64,000 nucleotides of DNA from an uncultured archaeon (GTDB taxonomy: Archaea; Thermoproteota; Nitrososphaeria; Nitrososphaerales; Gagatemarchaeaceae). Below, in pieces: positions 50,401-60,338 of this stretch; the first letter of the stretch is position 1; every line of letters begins with the position of its first letter. The notes under the pieces are model-generated. The model ran no database searches and had not been told where the DNA came from. It was given only the letters and a program-made list of their open reading frames with translations. The position numbers and the translations under genes are program-made. The stretch spans positions 64,001 through 128,000 of the forward strand of contig CAWFOU010000007.1 in the NCBI GenBank assembly GCA_963817525.1, read 5' to 3'.

Positions 50401-50749
50401 GTCGACGTGAGCGATAGGGTCGCCAGCGCGTGGGGAGTAGCTCCACAGCCCTGCGAAGGGCGATGCTTGGCACGCGAGGATACCATCGCTTCGCAAGCTG
50501 GAGGCTTGGATGGATGGGGAAGCGGACGCGGTGCGCATGGCCTATCCGCAAGGGGGCGGTCGAGGTTCGACCGTTCCCTTTCTCGGCCGGAGAGTGAGGG
50601 GAGTCGCTCGCAGCAAGCCTCTTCCTCTCTTCCTCCCACCGAGGAGAAAGGGCTGGCAGATGAAGCGGTGACGGGGAACGGGACGACTACCCTAATCCTC
50701 CGAGTCGATGCTTGCAAGTTGATTCGAAGGCGTGAGCCGAAGAGTCGAC
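50401..50749 (+). ncRNA. Putative ~350-nt structured ncRNA (possibly RNase P RNA-like)
   Basis: GTCGAC at both ends, several long-range complementarities, GNRA hairpins on + strand, no credible ORF. Confidence 0.55.
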
Positions 50750-50754
50750 AGAAC

Positions 50755-50946
50755 TCAGGGTTTGCGGGCGAGGAGTTCGGCGAGGAGCCTCAACTGGGCA
50801 AGGGCCTCCTCCGGAGACGCTGCCACAAGCGATACCTTGATGTCGCCCCCCTTCTCGTCCACGGCGAGCCCGTTCCCAGCCGCGAGGCGGCGGAAGTCTT
50901 CTCCGCCCGCTCCGCTCAGTGTCACTGTTAGCCTGATGCCCTTGAT
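50755..50946 (-). CDS. Pcc1-like (KEOPS) small protein
   Basis: Position between rpl37ae and pfdB; beta-alpha-beta-beta-alpha pattern; start uncertain. Confidence 0.5.
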   Translation of the reverse strand: MKGIRLTVTLSGAGGEDFRRLAAGNGLAVDEKGGDIKVSLVAASPEEALAQLRLLAELLARKP

Positions 50947-50974
50947 GGGGCTTCCCCCCTCGGCGCTGGCGGCC

Positions 50975-51202
50975 TTACTTTGCCCGCGTCTTGGCGGTTG
51001 AGACGTCGTAGGCACCACCGGCCACGGTGTATCCGCAGCTGGCGCACTTCCAGATCCCTGAGGAGACCCGTCTCAGCCTCAGGTTGGAGCAAGAGGGACA
51101 TTCCTTCTTGGCCTTGAGCGTCCTGTAGATGTTGGAGTACCTCTTCCTCAGGGTGCCCCCGTACTTTGCCCCGAGGCCCTTCAGGGACTTGGACCTAGCC
51201 AT
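50975..51202 (-). CDS. rpl37ae: 50S ribosomal protein L37ae (eL43)
   Basis: KYGGTLRKR, CPSC, GIWKCASC, GGAY. Confidence 0.95.
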   Translation of the reverse strand: MARSKSLKGLGAKYGGTLRKRYSNIYRTLKAKKECPSCSNLRLRRVSSGIWKCASCGYTVAGGAYDVSTAKTRAK

Positions 51203-52007
51203 GCGCGGTGGCCTCCTTGATCTGCTGCCGTATTTCTCTTCCCCTCGCTATCGACCACTCCGCGGCCGTGATGATCTGCTCCGGTGTGAAGGAGCCGGGC
51301 TCGCCCTTCTGCCCCGCGCAGAGGTTGCCCTCGTCCTCGGTGTCGAGCGTTATCCTCGCGTCCATGACCGCCTCCTCCTCCTCTGTCGGGTCGAGGACGA
51401 GCGTGTTGTTGATGTTCGCGATTGTCACGGAGATCGGGATCTTGCTGACCGGCAGCGGGACCCTTTCGCCCGTGTCCTTGACCACGTCGTTCTCGAGGAC
51501 GAACTTGGGCATGTTGGCGGTGAGCAGCGCGGCGACGACCGCGTAGCTGGTCGCGTCGAAGAGGTTGCCGTCGACGTTGAGGATGTTGACGTCCACGAAG
51601 ATGGAGTACACCCACTTGCCCGCCTTTATCACGAGGGAGGAGACGTCTATCATCTCCGACTCCCTCACGCCCCTGTCCACCACCCTCGCGAGCTCTATCG
51701 CGCTCTCGTCGGGGGGGCCTGCCTCGAGGTATGAGGCCGCCATCGGCAGCACCTCCGCACCCACTATGAGCAGGCCCTTGTCGGGCGTGTCGGGGAACGG
51801 TATGCCCTTGTCGATCTTGACTCCGGCGAGGACCTGGGTGTTCCCCAGGCTCACCATCGCCGAGCCGTTGGCCTTCTCGATGACGTGGGTCTTTATCTCG
51901 AGCTTCCGCGACTCGCTCAGACCGCGGCCGTCAAGGCGCTTCCCCTTGGAGAGCGCGTCGACGATCTGGTTCCTCTTTATCGTCTCTACAACGAAAGATT
52001 TTGGCAA
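51195..52007 (-). CDS. rrp42: Exosome subunit Rrp42
   Basis: RLDGR, ANGSA, PFPDTP, ELARVVDRGVRES, DGNLFDA. Confidence 0.96.
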   Translation of the reverse strand: MPKSFVVETIKRNQIVDALSKGKRLDGRGLSESRKLEIKTHVIEKANGSAMVSLGNTQVLAGVKIDKGIPFPDTPDKGLLIVGAEVLPMAASYLEAGPPDESAIELARVVDRGVRESEMIDVSSLVIKAGKWVYSIFVDVNILNVDGNLFDATSYAVVAALLTANMPKFVLENDVVKDTGERVPLPVSKIPISVTIANINNTLVLDPTEEEEAVMDARITLDTEDEGNLCAGQKGEPGSFTPEQIITAAEWSIARGREIRQQIKEATAHG

Positions 52008-52010
52008 GCT

Positions 52011-52778
52011 CTACGCCTCCTCCATTATCTCGGCCGTGGTGGTGGAGGTCTCGGGGCCTGCTCCGCTGAAGTACTTGTTGAGCAGGGCCTCCCTCTGGAC
52101 CTTGTACACCTTCATCCCGCCGATCTTGGCGAGCTCGATGGCCTGCTTGAACTCCTCGAAGGAGAAGAGCCCGTCCATCTGGAGCAGAGTCACCTGGTTG
52201 AGGTTCGGCATGAAGGCGACGGGCAGGTCGCCCGACCCTTCCTTGTCCTCGGTGTCGTTCAGGTCGAGGACTATCTTGCCGTCGACCTTGCCGACCGCGC
52301 AGCCCACCACGAGGTCGCGCATGTTGATCCCCGCGTCCGCGAGCGCCAGGGCGCTCGCGGTGATCCCGGCGACCCTCGAGCCGCCGTCGGACTGGAGGAC
52401 CTCGACGTAGATCTGTATCGCGGTCCTGGGGTAGTCCTCGAGGAAGAGCGCGGGCTGTAGCGCCTCCCTTATCACCTTGGATATCTCGATCTCCCTCCTA
52501 GAGGGGGCGGGGTTCTTCCTCTCGTCCACCGAGAACGGGGCCATGTGGTATCTGCACTTTAGGAACGCCCTGTCGGCTAGCTCGAGGTGCTTCGGGTGCA
52601 TCTCCTTCGGGCCGTACACGGCTGCGATTATCTTGTTCTTGCCCCACTCTATCAGGGCGGACCCGTCGGCGTTCTTGACCACGCCGACCTCGATCTTCAA
52701 GGGCCTCAGCTCGTCCCAGCGACGGCCGTCGGTGCGAATCCCGTTCTCGTCCATCAGCTTGCGCTTCGCTTCAGTCAA
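52011..52778 (-). CDS. rrp41: Exosome subunit Rrp41
   Basis: [26 protein letters not shown]. Confidence 0.96.
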   Translation of the reverse strand: MTEAKRKLMDENGIRTDGRRWDELRPLKIEVGVVKNADGSALIEWGKNKIIAAVYGPKEMHPKHLELADRAFLKCRYHMAPFSVDERKNPAPSRREIEISKVIREALQPALFLEDYPRTAIQIYVEVLQSDGGSRVAGITASALALADAGINMRDLVVGCAVGKVDGKIVLDLNDTEDKEGSGDLPVAFMPNLNQVTLLQMDGLFSFEEFKQAIELAKIGGMKVYKVQREALLNKYFSGAGPETSTTTAEIMEEA

Positions 52779-52780
52779 AT

Positions 52781-53503
52781 CTATTGTTCACCGCTATTCT
52801 CAGGCGCCGCCACTCCCGCCGCCGGGGCGCTTACCGGGGCTCCGAGGAGCTGCTGCACCTTGGCCGTGAGGTCGGGGGTGTGCGCGTCCTGCTCCACGAG
52901 ACGGACGGCCTCGGCTGCCTTCCGGACGCCCTCCGCTGGGCCGTCTATCACGACAACCCCGTTCTGCCCGACCTTGATCTCGCAGGCCGTGATCTCGGCT
53001 ATCATGTTGATCATGTAGCCCTTCCTGCCTATCAGCCTGGGCACCTTCATCGGGGTCATCTTGACTATCTCACCCTGCGGGATCTTCCCTAGTCCAGGGC
53101 CCCTTATCGAGAGCTGCGGGTCCCTGGTCCTGTCGAAAGCCTCGATCTTCGCGAGCAGGAGGTCTCCCACGTTGAACCTGGTCGTGAGGTCGTGAGTGGA
53201 GGGGGAGAAGTCCCTCCCGAACACGAACTGCCCGGGGAGGTATCCTACGAAGCACGAGTTGATGTCCGCCTCCCAGCCGTAGCCGGTGACGCTGACTACC
53301 TTGCCGACGACCATGTCCTCCGGCCTGGGCATGTATGCCCCAGAGAGAGGGATGACCTTGACGTCGTTCCTTATGATCTCCGCTAGGCCTATCCTCAGGG
53401 CCACCATGTCGTTGCCCCTCCTCTGGACGAACATGCCCGGCCTATAGTCGCCCGTCACGATGACGTCGCCGGGGATTACCTGCTTCCTTGTTATCTCAAC
53501 CAT
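52781..53503 (-). CDS. rrp4: Exosome RNA-binding subunit Rrp4
   Basis: S1 plus KH domains ([14 protein letters not shown]). Confidence 0.95.
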   Translation of the reverse strand: MVEITRKQVIPGDVIVTGDYRPGMFVQRRGNDMVALRIGLAEIIRNDVKVIPLSGAYMPRPEDMVVGKVVSVTGYGWEADINSCFVGYLPGQFVFGRDFSPSTHDLTTRFNVGDLLLAKIEAFDRTRDPQLSIRGPGLGKIPQGEIVKMTPMKVPRLIGRKGYMINMIAEITACEIKVGQNGVVVIDGPAEGVRKAAEAVRLVEQDAHTPDLTAKVQQLLGAPVSAPAAGVAAPENSGEQ

Positions 53504-53506
53504 TTT

Positions 53507-54196
53507 CTATTTCACCAATGTAACTTGAGCCGAACCGCGCGTCGCCGATCCCAATCTCTCAAGTAGTCCAGGTTGGGTCGCCGCTGGGACTTCTATTATC
53601 GCAGACAATCCACCGTCCCCTCCCCACTCCTCTTTAAGTATCTCGCCAAAGCCTTTCAGCACGCCGATGGTCTGGCCGGCGTACTGCGCGGGGGCCTTCA
53701 CCAAGAGCTTGACCTTCTCGGACTTCATGGGGAGTATCTTGCGGAGCTCCTCGAGTATCGTCTTCATCTGCTCGTTGGCGTCCTTGAAGGGGTCGAAGGA
53801 GACTCTGGCCTCCTGCATGGCCTGCTCTATCCTGATGGGAGGGTGCGGGAGGCCCGTCTTGGGGTCCACGTAGGTCTTGGCGATCATCGCCACGACCTGC
53901 CTCCGCTTCTCCTCGGTCATCCTGTGGCGCTGCTCCTGGGTCAGCTGGAGCTCGCCGCGCTTGAGGACCTCGATCGCCGCCTTGGCGTGGTCGTCGGTCC
54001 CAAAGTGCTTCTTCAGCTTGTCCCCGGGGGCGCGCAGGCCCTTGTTGGCGTCGGAGAACACCTCGTCGATGCCTATCACCTGGGAGGGCTCGACGGCCTT
54101 CCCGGTCTTGTAGCTCAGCGCCGCGTCGGGGTTGACCATTATCTCGTAGCGCTCCCCCTCTATGACCAGTCGGACGGTCGTGAACTTGCTAGACAT
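53507..54196 (-). CDS. sdo1: Ribosome maturation factor SBDS/Sdo1
   Basis: FGTDD, GELQLT.EQR, DPKTGLPHP. Confidence 0.95.
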   Translation of the reverse strand: MSSKFTTVRLVIEGERYEIMVNPDAALSYKTGKAVEPSQVIGIDEVFSDANKGLRAPGDKLKKHFGTDDHAKAAIEVLKRGELQLTQEQRHRMTEEKRRQVVAMIAKTYVDPKTGLPHPPIRIEQAMQEARVSFDPFKDANEQMKTILEELRKILPMKSEKVKLLVKAPAQYAGQTIGVLKGFGEILKEEWGGDGGLSAIIEVPAATQPGLLERLGSATRGSAQVTLVK

Positions 54197-54210
54197 GAGC
54201 CTACATCAGG

Positions 54211-54966
54211 CTAGGCTCCCTTGTTGTTGGGAGCTTTATCGTTGCCTCTGGTCTTGGCCGTGGAGGCGTACTTTGTGATCTCGTCCTCGGTGAGGCGCCT
54301 CATCTTCTTCGACTTTGCGTCGACGACCGCCGTCTTGATGTGGAAAACGCCCGTCTTGTCCTCGCTCACGAGGTAGATGCACTCTATCGCCAGCGTTATG
54401 CCCTGCTCGAGGGAGATGGTAGGGTCGTAGTTCTTCTCGAGGTACTCGTTGACCTGGTCGCTGCCCGCGCCGATCGCTATCGCGTCGAAGCCTAGGTACG
54501 CGCCGGTGGGGTCGGTGAGGAAGACCACGGGGCCGCGGTTCTCGTCAACCCCTGAGATGATGAGCGAGACGCCGAACGGCCTCACTCCGGCATACTGAGT
54601 GTACTGCTGGTTCAGGTCGGCTATCCTCTTGGCCACGGTCTCGATGTCGACGGGCTCGTCGTAGACCAGCCTGTTGCTCTGGGCGATGACCCTCGCGTTG
54701 TCGACCTGGATGCGCGCGTCGGGGATGTATCCCGCCCCGACGGCGCCGATGTGGTCGTCGATCTGGAACATCTTGACCACGGACTCTACGTTCTGGAGCT
54801 TCCTGCCCCTCTCCTCGACCGCGAGCACCACGCCGCTGTCGGTCCTGACCCCGACCGCCAGGCTTCCGCGCCTCACTGTCTCGAGCGCGTACTCTACCTG
54901 GTAGAGTCTTCCGTCCGGAGAGAAAATCGTAATGGCTCTGTCGTAGCCAGCGGAAGGTGCGAACAT
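54211..54966 (-). CDS. psmA: Proteasome alpha subunit
   Basis: YDRAITIFSPDGRLYQVEYA, RPFGVS. Confidence 0.97.
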   Translation of the reverse strand: MFAPSAGYDRAITIFSPDGRLYQVEYALETVRRGSLAVGVRTDSGVVLAVEERGRKLQNVESVVKMFQIDDHIGAVGAGYIPDARIQVDNARVIAQSNRLVYDEPVDIETVAKRIADLNQQYTQYAGVRPFGVSLIISGVDENRGPVVFLTDPTGAYLGFDAIAIGAGSDQVNEYLEKNYDPTISLEQGITLAIECIYLVSEDKTGVFHIKTAVVDAKSKKMRRLTEDEITKYASTAKTRGNDKAPNNKGA

Positions 54967-55060
54967 GTCATCTAGGCCTCTTTGATTAGCGGGGAGCCTT
55001 TTCTGGTTGTTTTAAACCCTTCTGGATTCTTCGAGGCCCCTGAAGCCCTAAGGGCCTTTT

Positions 55061-55501
55061 ATGGGAGCCCTCCCCGTGTCGGGAAGGCGAGAGTCCTTGG
55101 CTTTCAAGAGCGTCGTGATCCGCAGGCAGGTAGTCGACAGCATATTCTCGTACTCCAAGATGTTCCACCCCAGGGAGGGGATCCTGCTCCTCCGCGGGAG
55201 GAAGAAGAAAGACGTCCTCGAGGTGGACAGCGTGGTCATCCCTCCCGCCGCGGTGCACGGGTCGGGCTTCTCTGGATTCAGCTGGACCATGGTCCCCATG
55301 GACTTGTCGTACGTAGGGGTGGCGCACTCCCACCCCTCTGGATGGGCGGTCCCCTCCCACCAGGACGTCCTCCACGTCAGCGGGAAGATCATGGTCATTG
55401 CGGGGGCCCCGTACTCCGACGACTCCTGCCTGAAGGTCTACGACACGAAGGGGGACCCTCTCCCCTTTGTGGTGAAGGAAGACCCGCCTGCGCTAGAGTG
55501 A
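55061..55501 (+). CDS. JAB/MPN (JAMM) metalloprotease
   Basis: E...HSHPSG...PS..D motif. Confidence 0.9.
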   Translation: MGALPVSGRRESLAFKSVVIRRQVVDSIFSYSKMFHPREGILLLRGRKKKDVLEVDSVVIPPAAVHGSGFSGFSWTMVPMDLSYVGVAHSHPSGWAVPSHQDVLHVSGKIMVIAGAPYSDDSCLKVYDTKGDPLPFVVKEDPPALE

Positions 55502-55514
55502 CCTGGGGCGCGCG

Positions 55515-55904
55515 CTACTTTGGCTTCTCGGGGAGCATCCCCGTGGTGTAGATGGTTATCACGGTGTCCCTGAGCTGGGCTATCTGCTCAAGGTCGACCT
55601 CCGGCTGGGTCGTGATGAGCATGAGGCTGTTCCCGACCCCGAAGATCAGCATGTTGACCTTCTCCCTCTTCACGAAGGTGTACTGTATCTTCCCAAAGTA
55701 CTGGTCCCAGGTCTTGTCGGTCCCGATCTGGATGGTGAGGTTGGCCATGAGCCTCAGGTCCTCGCTCGCGGGCTCGAGCGAGGAGATGCCCTTCCTCATG
55801 CCCCCGGCTATCACGCGCCCGGTGTCGTCCAGGGCGGCGGCGTACCGCACGCGGCGGTCGAACTTGAAAATCTGAAAGCAGAGCTTGTCTAACGGATACG
55901 TCAT
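55515..55904 (-). CDS. Roadblock/sensor-like conserved protein (thaumarchaeal type)
   Basis: D..VRYAA.LD..G..IAGG.R.G, FGKIQY..VKREKV. Confidence 0.65.
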   Translation of the reverse strand: MTYPLDKLCFQIFKFDRRVRYAAALDDTGRVIAGGMRKGISSLEPASEDLRLMANLTIQIGTDKTWDQYFGKIQYTFVKREKVNMLIFGVGNSLMLITTQPEVDLEQIAQLRDTVITIYTTGMLPEKPK

Positions 55905-56077
55905 TAAGATGGTTACAATTGCTCGTCGCTTGATATAAGAATTTTGATTTTCCGCGGACGCGACGCGCTCCAGAGGTCCGTCTCGGTGTGCCGCAAATTG
56001 ATTTCATTGTGTAAGAGCTTTGACACCGTCGCAAATGACGCGATAAGGCCACCTATCGTTTGGTGTAACAAGCAAAA

Positions 56078-56560
56078 ATGGCCTTCGAACAAATGCTGAC
56101 CATACTCCTAGGCACCGGCGTAGGAGTCGCAGTGGTTCTGTACACGGTCAAGCCGAGGCAGATAAGTGCCTCACAGTCCTTCCTCTCCGGAGTCTCGTCA
56201 ATCGAGACCATCTCTCTTCCATCCCAGTCAACATTCTCTCAGAACGAGGCGGCGCCAGCGCCAGAAGTGACCGCAACCCAGTCCTCAGCGGTGGAGGCAC
56301 CGGTCGAGGGGATCGACGCGATCTCCGCAGTCCCGGTCTCGACGCTGACGGCGGAGTTGGTGGTGGTGAGCTCGAGCGACTCGGCAATCGCATCAATCGA
56401 TGCGCCTGCTCTCTCGGCCCCCGCGGCCAGGTCGGCTTCTGTGAGGACTCGCGCGCCCTCGGCGGCGAGGAGCCACAGAGCGCCAAGGAAGAGTTCAGCA
56501 TCCCCGAGAACGCACAAGCCTAGAGCCGTCGATGGCAGCACCACCATCAAAGGGCGCTAG
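56078..56560 (+). CDS. Membrane-anchored low-complexity protein
   Basis: N-terminal TM, A/S-rich middle, basic tail. Confidence 0.6.
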   Translation: MAFEQMLTILLGTGVGVAVVLYTVKPRQISASQSFLSGVSSIETISLPSQSTFSQNEAAPAPEVTATQSSAVEAPVEGIDAISAVPVSTLTAELVVVSSSDSAIASIDAPALSAPAARSASVRTRAPSAARSHRAPRKSSASPRTHKPRAVDGSTTIKGR

Positions 56561-56645
56561 ACGAAGCTGCGCGAACGGGAAACAACCCTGAGAAGCTGTG
56601 GGTTTCGGGCTCGGACAAGAGCCTTAAACCCACGTCCTACCTCTT

Positions 56646-58646
56646 TTGACGGCAAAGTTGAAGCAGAGTCCTCTCATAGGTTTTCACGTTTCGATAGCCG
56701 GTTCGCTCGACCTCGCGGTCGACAGGGCGCTCGAGATGGGATGCACCACCTTCCAGGTATTCACCAGGAACCCGCGGGGGTGGGCCTTCAAGCCCCTGGG
56801 CGAGGAGCAGGCCCAGCTCTTCAGGGATAAGAGAAGCAAGGCGGGCTACGAGAAGGTGGTCGCGCACATGCCCTACCTCCCGAACCTGGCGGCGTCGCTG
56901 AAGCCCTTTCAGAAGAAGAGCCGGGCCTCGCTCACGGCGGAGATGGGGAGGTGCGAGACGCTGGGGGTGGACTACGTGGTGGCGCACATAGGGTCTCACA
57001 TGGGAAAAGGGACGATGGAGGGGGTCAAAAACGTCGTAGGGGCGTGCAACGAGGCGCTTTCGGCCAATCCAGGCAAGACCGTGCTCCTAGTTGAGACCAT
57101 GGCGGGGCAGAACCACAGCGTCGGGTCGAGGTTCGAGGAGCTCAGGCTGATCCTCGACGGGGTGAAGGAGTCCGAGAGGATGGGGATCTGTTTTGACACG
57201 TGCCTGCCTCCGGGATCAGCAGTATTCCGAGAGTCCGCGCCAACTCCAATTGAAAGTATTCGTCCGGGTGACCTCGTATCAGACCATGATGGCGGCCAAG
57301 TACACGTAACCAGAGTCCTGCACAGACCCTATACAGGCGAGCTCGTCCTCGTCAAACCGAAGGGGTTGCCGTGGATGCGAATGACGCCCGAACATCCGGT
57401 CTTATGCGTGAAGCTCGACCGAATAAAGCATCTTGATGAAAGTCCATGGAGATCGTACCTCACAAAACCACCTTCGTGGGTGACCGCCAGTTTTCTAGAA
57501 AAAGGGCTCTACCTTGTAATGCCACGACTGAAATCCTCCGATGTATCAACCCTAAATTTCGAGAAGTACATCGGCCGCCATACTCGGAGCATACCGTTTC
57601 CAAAGGTCATGCCAATCACAGAGAAGATGGCGAATCTTCTGGGCCTGTACCTGGCTGAGGGTTTTACGTACATGGAAAGAAATGCGGATGGCTCGGAGCA
57701 TGGCAAGGTCTATCTCTCGTTCGGTAAAGATGAAAAGAGCCTCATAACGAAGTCAATTCGGCTGTTTGACGAGGTCTTTTCGTTGAAGGCCTGGACGGAC
57801 GAGACCGAAACTGCACTGAAAGTTTGCGCCGGTTCCAATATTCTCGTCAGGTTCTTCAGGGAGAATTTCGGGAGTGGTGCGAGAAGCAAGAAAATCCCAG
57901 ATTTCATCATGAATTCTGAAGTTACAATTGTTCGCTCTTTCCTCCTGGGATACCTTCATGGCGACGGCAACGTCAACGAGGATGGAATTCGCTTCATTAC
58001 CTCTTCCAAATCGATAGCATACCAACTCATTCACTTGCTCGCCAGATTGGATATGCGCGGAACCTTCGGCGTGCATGCCCCAAGGCAGGGATCCATCGGA
58101 GGTAGGGTAATCAACGGAAGGGGTTGGTTTGAAGTGAAAGTCGCCCGGAGCGACTCGGGAAAGCTGGGATTCAAGTATCGGGTGCCCACGGCTCCCCAAA
58201 GGACGGTCCTAAGGAATGAAGAGTCGTTCTATGTTCCGATTGGGGAGGTCAAACGACAGCGCTATTCCGGCGAAGTCTATAATCTGACGACAGAGTCGGG
58301 GACCTTCCTCGCGCCTTTCGTGGTCACCCATAACTGCCACGTGTTCGCGGCGGGCTTCGACCTCTCGAGCAGGCCCGCGGTCGAGAGGACGATGGGGATG
58401 TTCGGGGACATCGTCGGCAAGGAGAGGCTGAAGGTGATCCACCTCAACGACTCGAAGGGGCCCTGTGGGAGCGGGTTGGACAGGCACGAGTACGTCGGGC
58501 ATGGCCAGATAGGGGAGAAGGGGTTCCGAGCCTTCCTCCGCTACGGGGAGGTCGCGAAGCTCCCGCTGATAATGGAGGTGCCTGTAGAGGACAAGACGCA
58601 ATACGACGCGAACCTGAGGATGGCGAGGCGCCTCCTAGGGCCCTAG
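56646..58646 (+). CDS. nfo: Endonuclease IV containing an intein
   Basis: GFHVS, HMPYLPNL, ETMAG, CFDT/CH, HLNDSK, DRHE. Confidence 0.93.
   Translation: MTAKLKQSPLIGFHVSIAGSLDLAVDRALEMGCTTFQVFTRNPRGWAFKPLGEEQAQLFRDKRSKAGYEKVVAHMPYLPNLAASLKPFQKKSRASLTAEMGRCETLGVDYVVAHIGSHMGKGTMEGVKNVVGACNEALSANPGKTVLLVETMAGQNHSVGSRFEELRLILDGVKESERMGICFDTCLPPGSAVFRESAPTPIESIRPGDLVSDHDGGQVHVTRVLHRPYTGELVLVKPKGLPWMRMTPEHPVLCVKLDRIKHLDESPWRSYLTKPPSWVTASFLEKGLYLVMPRLKSSDVSTLNFEKYIGRHTRSIPFPKVMPITEKMANLLGLYLAEGFTYMERNADGSEHGKVYLSFGKDEKSLITKSIRLFDEVFSLKAWTDETETALKVCAGSNILVRFFRENFGSGARSKKIPDFIMNSEVTIVRSFLLGYLHGDGNVNEDGIRFITSSKSIAYQLIHLLARLDMRGTFGVHAPRQGSIGGRVINGRGWFEVKVARSDSGKLGFKYRVPTAPQRTVLRNEESFYVPIGEVKRQRYSGEVYNLTTESGTFLAPFVVTHNCHVFAAGFDLSSRPAVERTMGMFGDIVGKERLKVIHLNDSKGPCGSGLDRHEYVGHGQIGEKGFRAFLRYGEVAKLPLIMEVPVEDKTQYDANLRMARRLLGP
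57201..58334 (+). mobile_element. Intein with LAGLIDADG homing endonuclease (378 aa)
   Basis: CLPPG start, TPEHP block B, LGLYLAEG and FLLGYLHGDG, VYNL, THN/C end. Confidence 0.93.
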
Positions 58647-60218
58647 GGCCTCAGCGGCCTTCTGGACGGGGGCCGTTGCGGCTTGCTTGTCGAGTGGCCA
58701 TGTCTTCCTCGATTGGGCGACCCAGGAGAACTTCCTCTGGAGGGACTTGCTGTAGAGCTTCTCCCAGTCCAAGCCGACGTAGTCGCACCACGACTTGTAG
58801 ACCCTTGGGTCGATGTAGTTCTTCATCGACGTATTGAGGTTGTACTCCTTGGTCTCTTTTGTGAGCTCGATGTCTTTCTGCACCTTATCCGCCATCGCCT
58901 CCTTGCCCTTGGCCTTGTACTCCTCGAGCTTCTGCTCCTTCTTCTTCAGGGACTCCTCCCAGGTCTTGGGGATGGTGCGCTTGTGGTTGCAGTACTTTGC
59001 GGCGGCGAGGTTGGCCTCCTTGGCGAAGTAGAGCTTCTCCAGGTCGGGGGTGGTCCGCATGTCCTTGGACTTTAGCGCCTCCTCGACCGTCTTCGTGGCG
59101 TGGTAGGTCCTGAAGACCTTGGCGCTGACGGTGAGGTTGGGGACAAGGTCGGAGAGGAAGGCGTTGACGTTGCTGGACGTGATGCCGTCGAAGATCTCTT
59201 TGTCGGGTCTCTTCCCGTTCATGAACTCCTTCATGTTCTTCACCAGGGAGGGGTCGGGGTTCTTCAAGGTCTTCAGCCAGCGGACGCTGTCCTTCCCCAG
59301 GAAGTCGAACTCGATGGCCTGGTCGTCCAGCCTCTTGATGTGCTCGACCCTCAGGGTGGTCGCGCCGACTGTGTCTGCCTCGTCCTCGTCCTTCTCGTCG
59401 CCTACCCTCATCCCCACCTCGTCTATCAGGTAACAGACGGTGGCGAGCTTGCGGACCTTCTCCTCCTTATCCCCCATCTTCTCACGCATCCTCTTCTGAA
59501 GAGATGGGAGCTTCTGGCCGACCTTCAGCGCCTTGTCGTACTTCTCGACGTTCCTCGATTGCTGGATGTCGGAGCTCTCGTGCGGCCAAACGTATTTCTC
59601 TTTCGCCGTGAGCTTGTCGATCCATCGCGCGATCCAGATCGACTCGTCGTCGTGGGCGACCTGGAAGCCGCCGGGAGGGACGGGCGCGTCCTTGTCCAAG
59701 TTCAGGGTGACGTCGGGGGCATCCACTCTAGGCTTCCAGCTTCCCCGGAGGGGGTGGGCCCCCCGACCCATGAACATGCCGGGCGGCTCGACCATGTAAT
59801 TTGCCAGCTCTATCTCTTTCCCGTCGAGCACGGCCTTTCCGTACTTCGCCCTGAGGGCTTCCCTCTTCTCCTTCCTGCTGGCGGCGAGGGCCTTCTTCCC
59901 CTCTTTCGTCATCGTCTCCTTTTGCATCTTCTCCTGATCGACGAGCCTGTAGAACTGGGAGAAGTCGATGTCCTCGAACTTGGTGTTCTTAGTGGCGGGC
60001 GGGGGGAGCTCCTTCGTGAAGTACTTCATGAAGTTCGCCCGGAAGACTGGGTCCTGGACGTAGGGGGTGTCCTTCTTCTTGGCGAACTGGTAGGCCATCT
60101 CTTCCGCTAGAAGGGAGAGCTTGAGCTCCTGGCCCGAGAGCCTCACCGAGAGTCCCTTCGGGACGTAGGGGTCGGGGAAGACGACGCCGTTGTGTCGGAG
60201 CGTCCTCCAGACTGGCAT
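58635..60218 (-). CDS. DNA topoisomerase IB (eukaryote-like)
   Basis: W.TL.HNG, EPPG.F.GRG.HP, RVGDEK, FDFLGKDS, AKVFRTY, CNH, TSMKNYIDPR. Confidence 0.96.
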   Translation of the reverse strand: MPVWRTLRHNGVVFPDPYVPKGLSVRLSGQELKLSLLAEEMAYQFAKKKDTPYVQDPVFRANFMKYFTKELPPPATKNTKFEDIDFSQFYRLVDQEKMQKETMTKEGKKALAASRKEKREALRAKYGKAVLDGKEIELANYMVEPPGMFMGRGAHPLRGSWKPRVDAPDVTLNLDKDAPVPPGGFQVAHDDESIWIARWIDKLTAKEKYVWPHESSDIQQSRNVEKYDKALKVGQKLPSLQKRMREKMGDKEEKVRKLATVCYLIDEVGMRVGDEKDEDEADTVGATTLRVEHIKRLDDQAIEFDFLGKDSVRWLKTLKNPDPSLVKNMKEFMNGKRPDKEIFDGITSSNVNAFLSDLVPNLTVSAKVFRTYHATKTVEEALKSKDMRTTPDLEKLYFAKEANLAAAKYCNHKRTIPKTWEESLKKKEQKLEEYKAKGKEAMADKVQKDIELTKETKEYNLNTSMKNYIDPRVYKSWCDYVGLDWEKLYSKSLQRKFSWVAQSRKTWPLDKQAATAPVQKAAEALGP

Positions 60219-60338
60219 CCAGGCCGAGCCCGAAACAGTTCTTTAAAAGAAAATCGCTGAAGACGGTGAGAACGCCGTCGGCGGCCCGTATTTCTGGTCG
60301 AGTACATTCTTCTGAAAGGTGATTAAGCTGGAACGCGC

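Noticed and set aside
49914-50717. 267-aa extended prefoldin ORF and opposite 260-aa ORF (50149..50931)
   Set aside because: Prefoldin similarity starts at 50300 with its own promoter; the extensions are GC-rich shadow frames over the putative RNA.
50401-50749. Canonical RNase P RNA, SRP RNA or group I intron
   Set aside because: Invariant motifs (GAGGAAAGU/ACAGAA, SRP helix 8, group I S element) were not found; kept only as an unclassified candidate.
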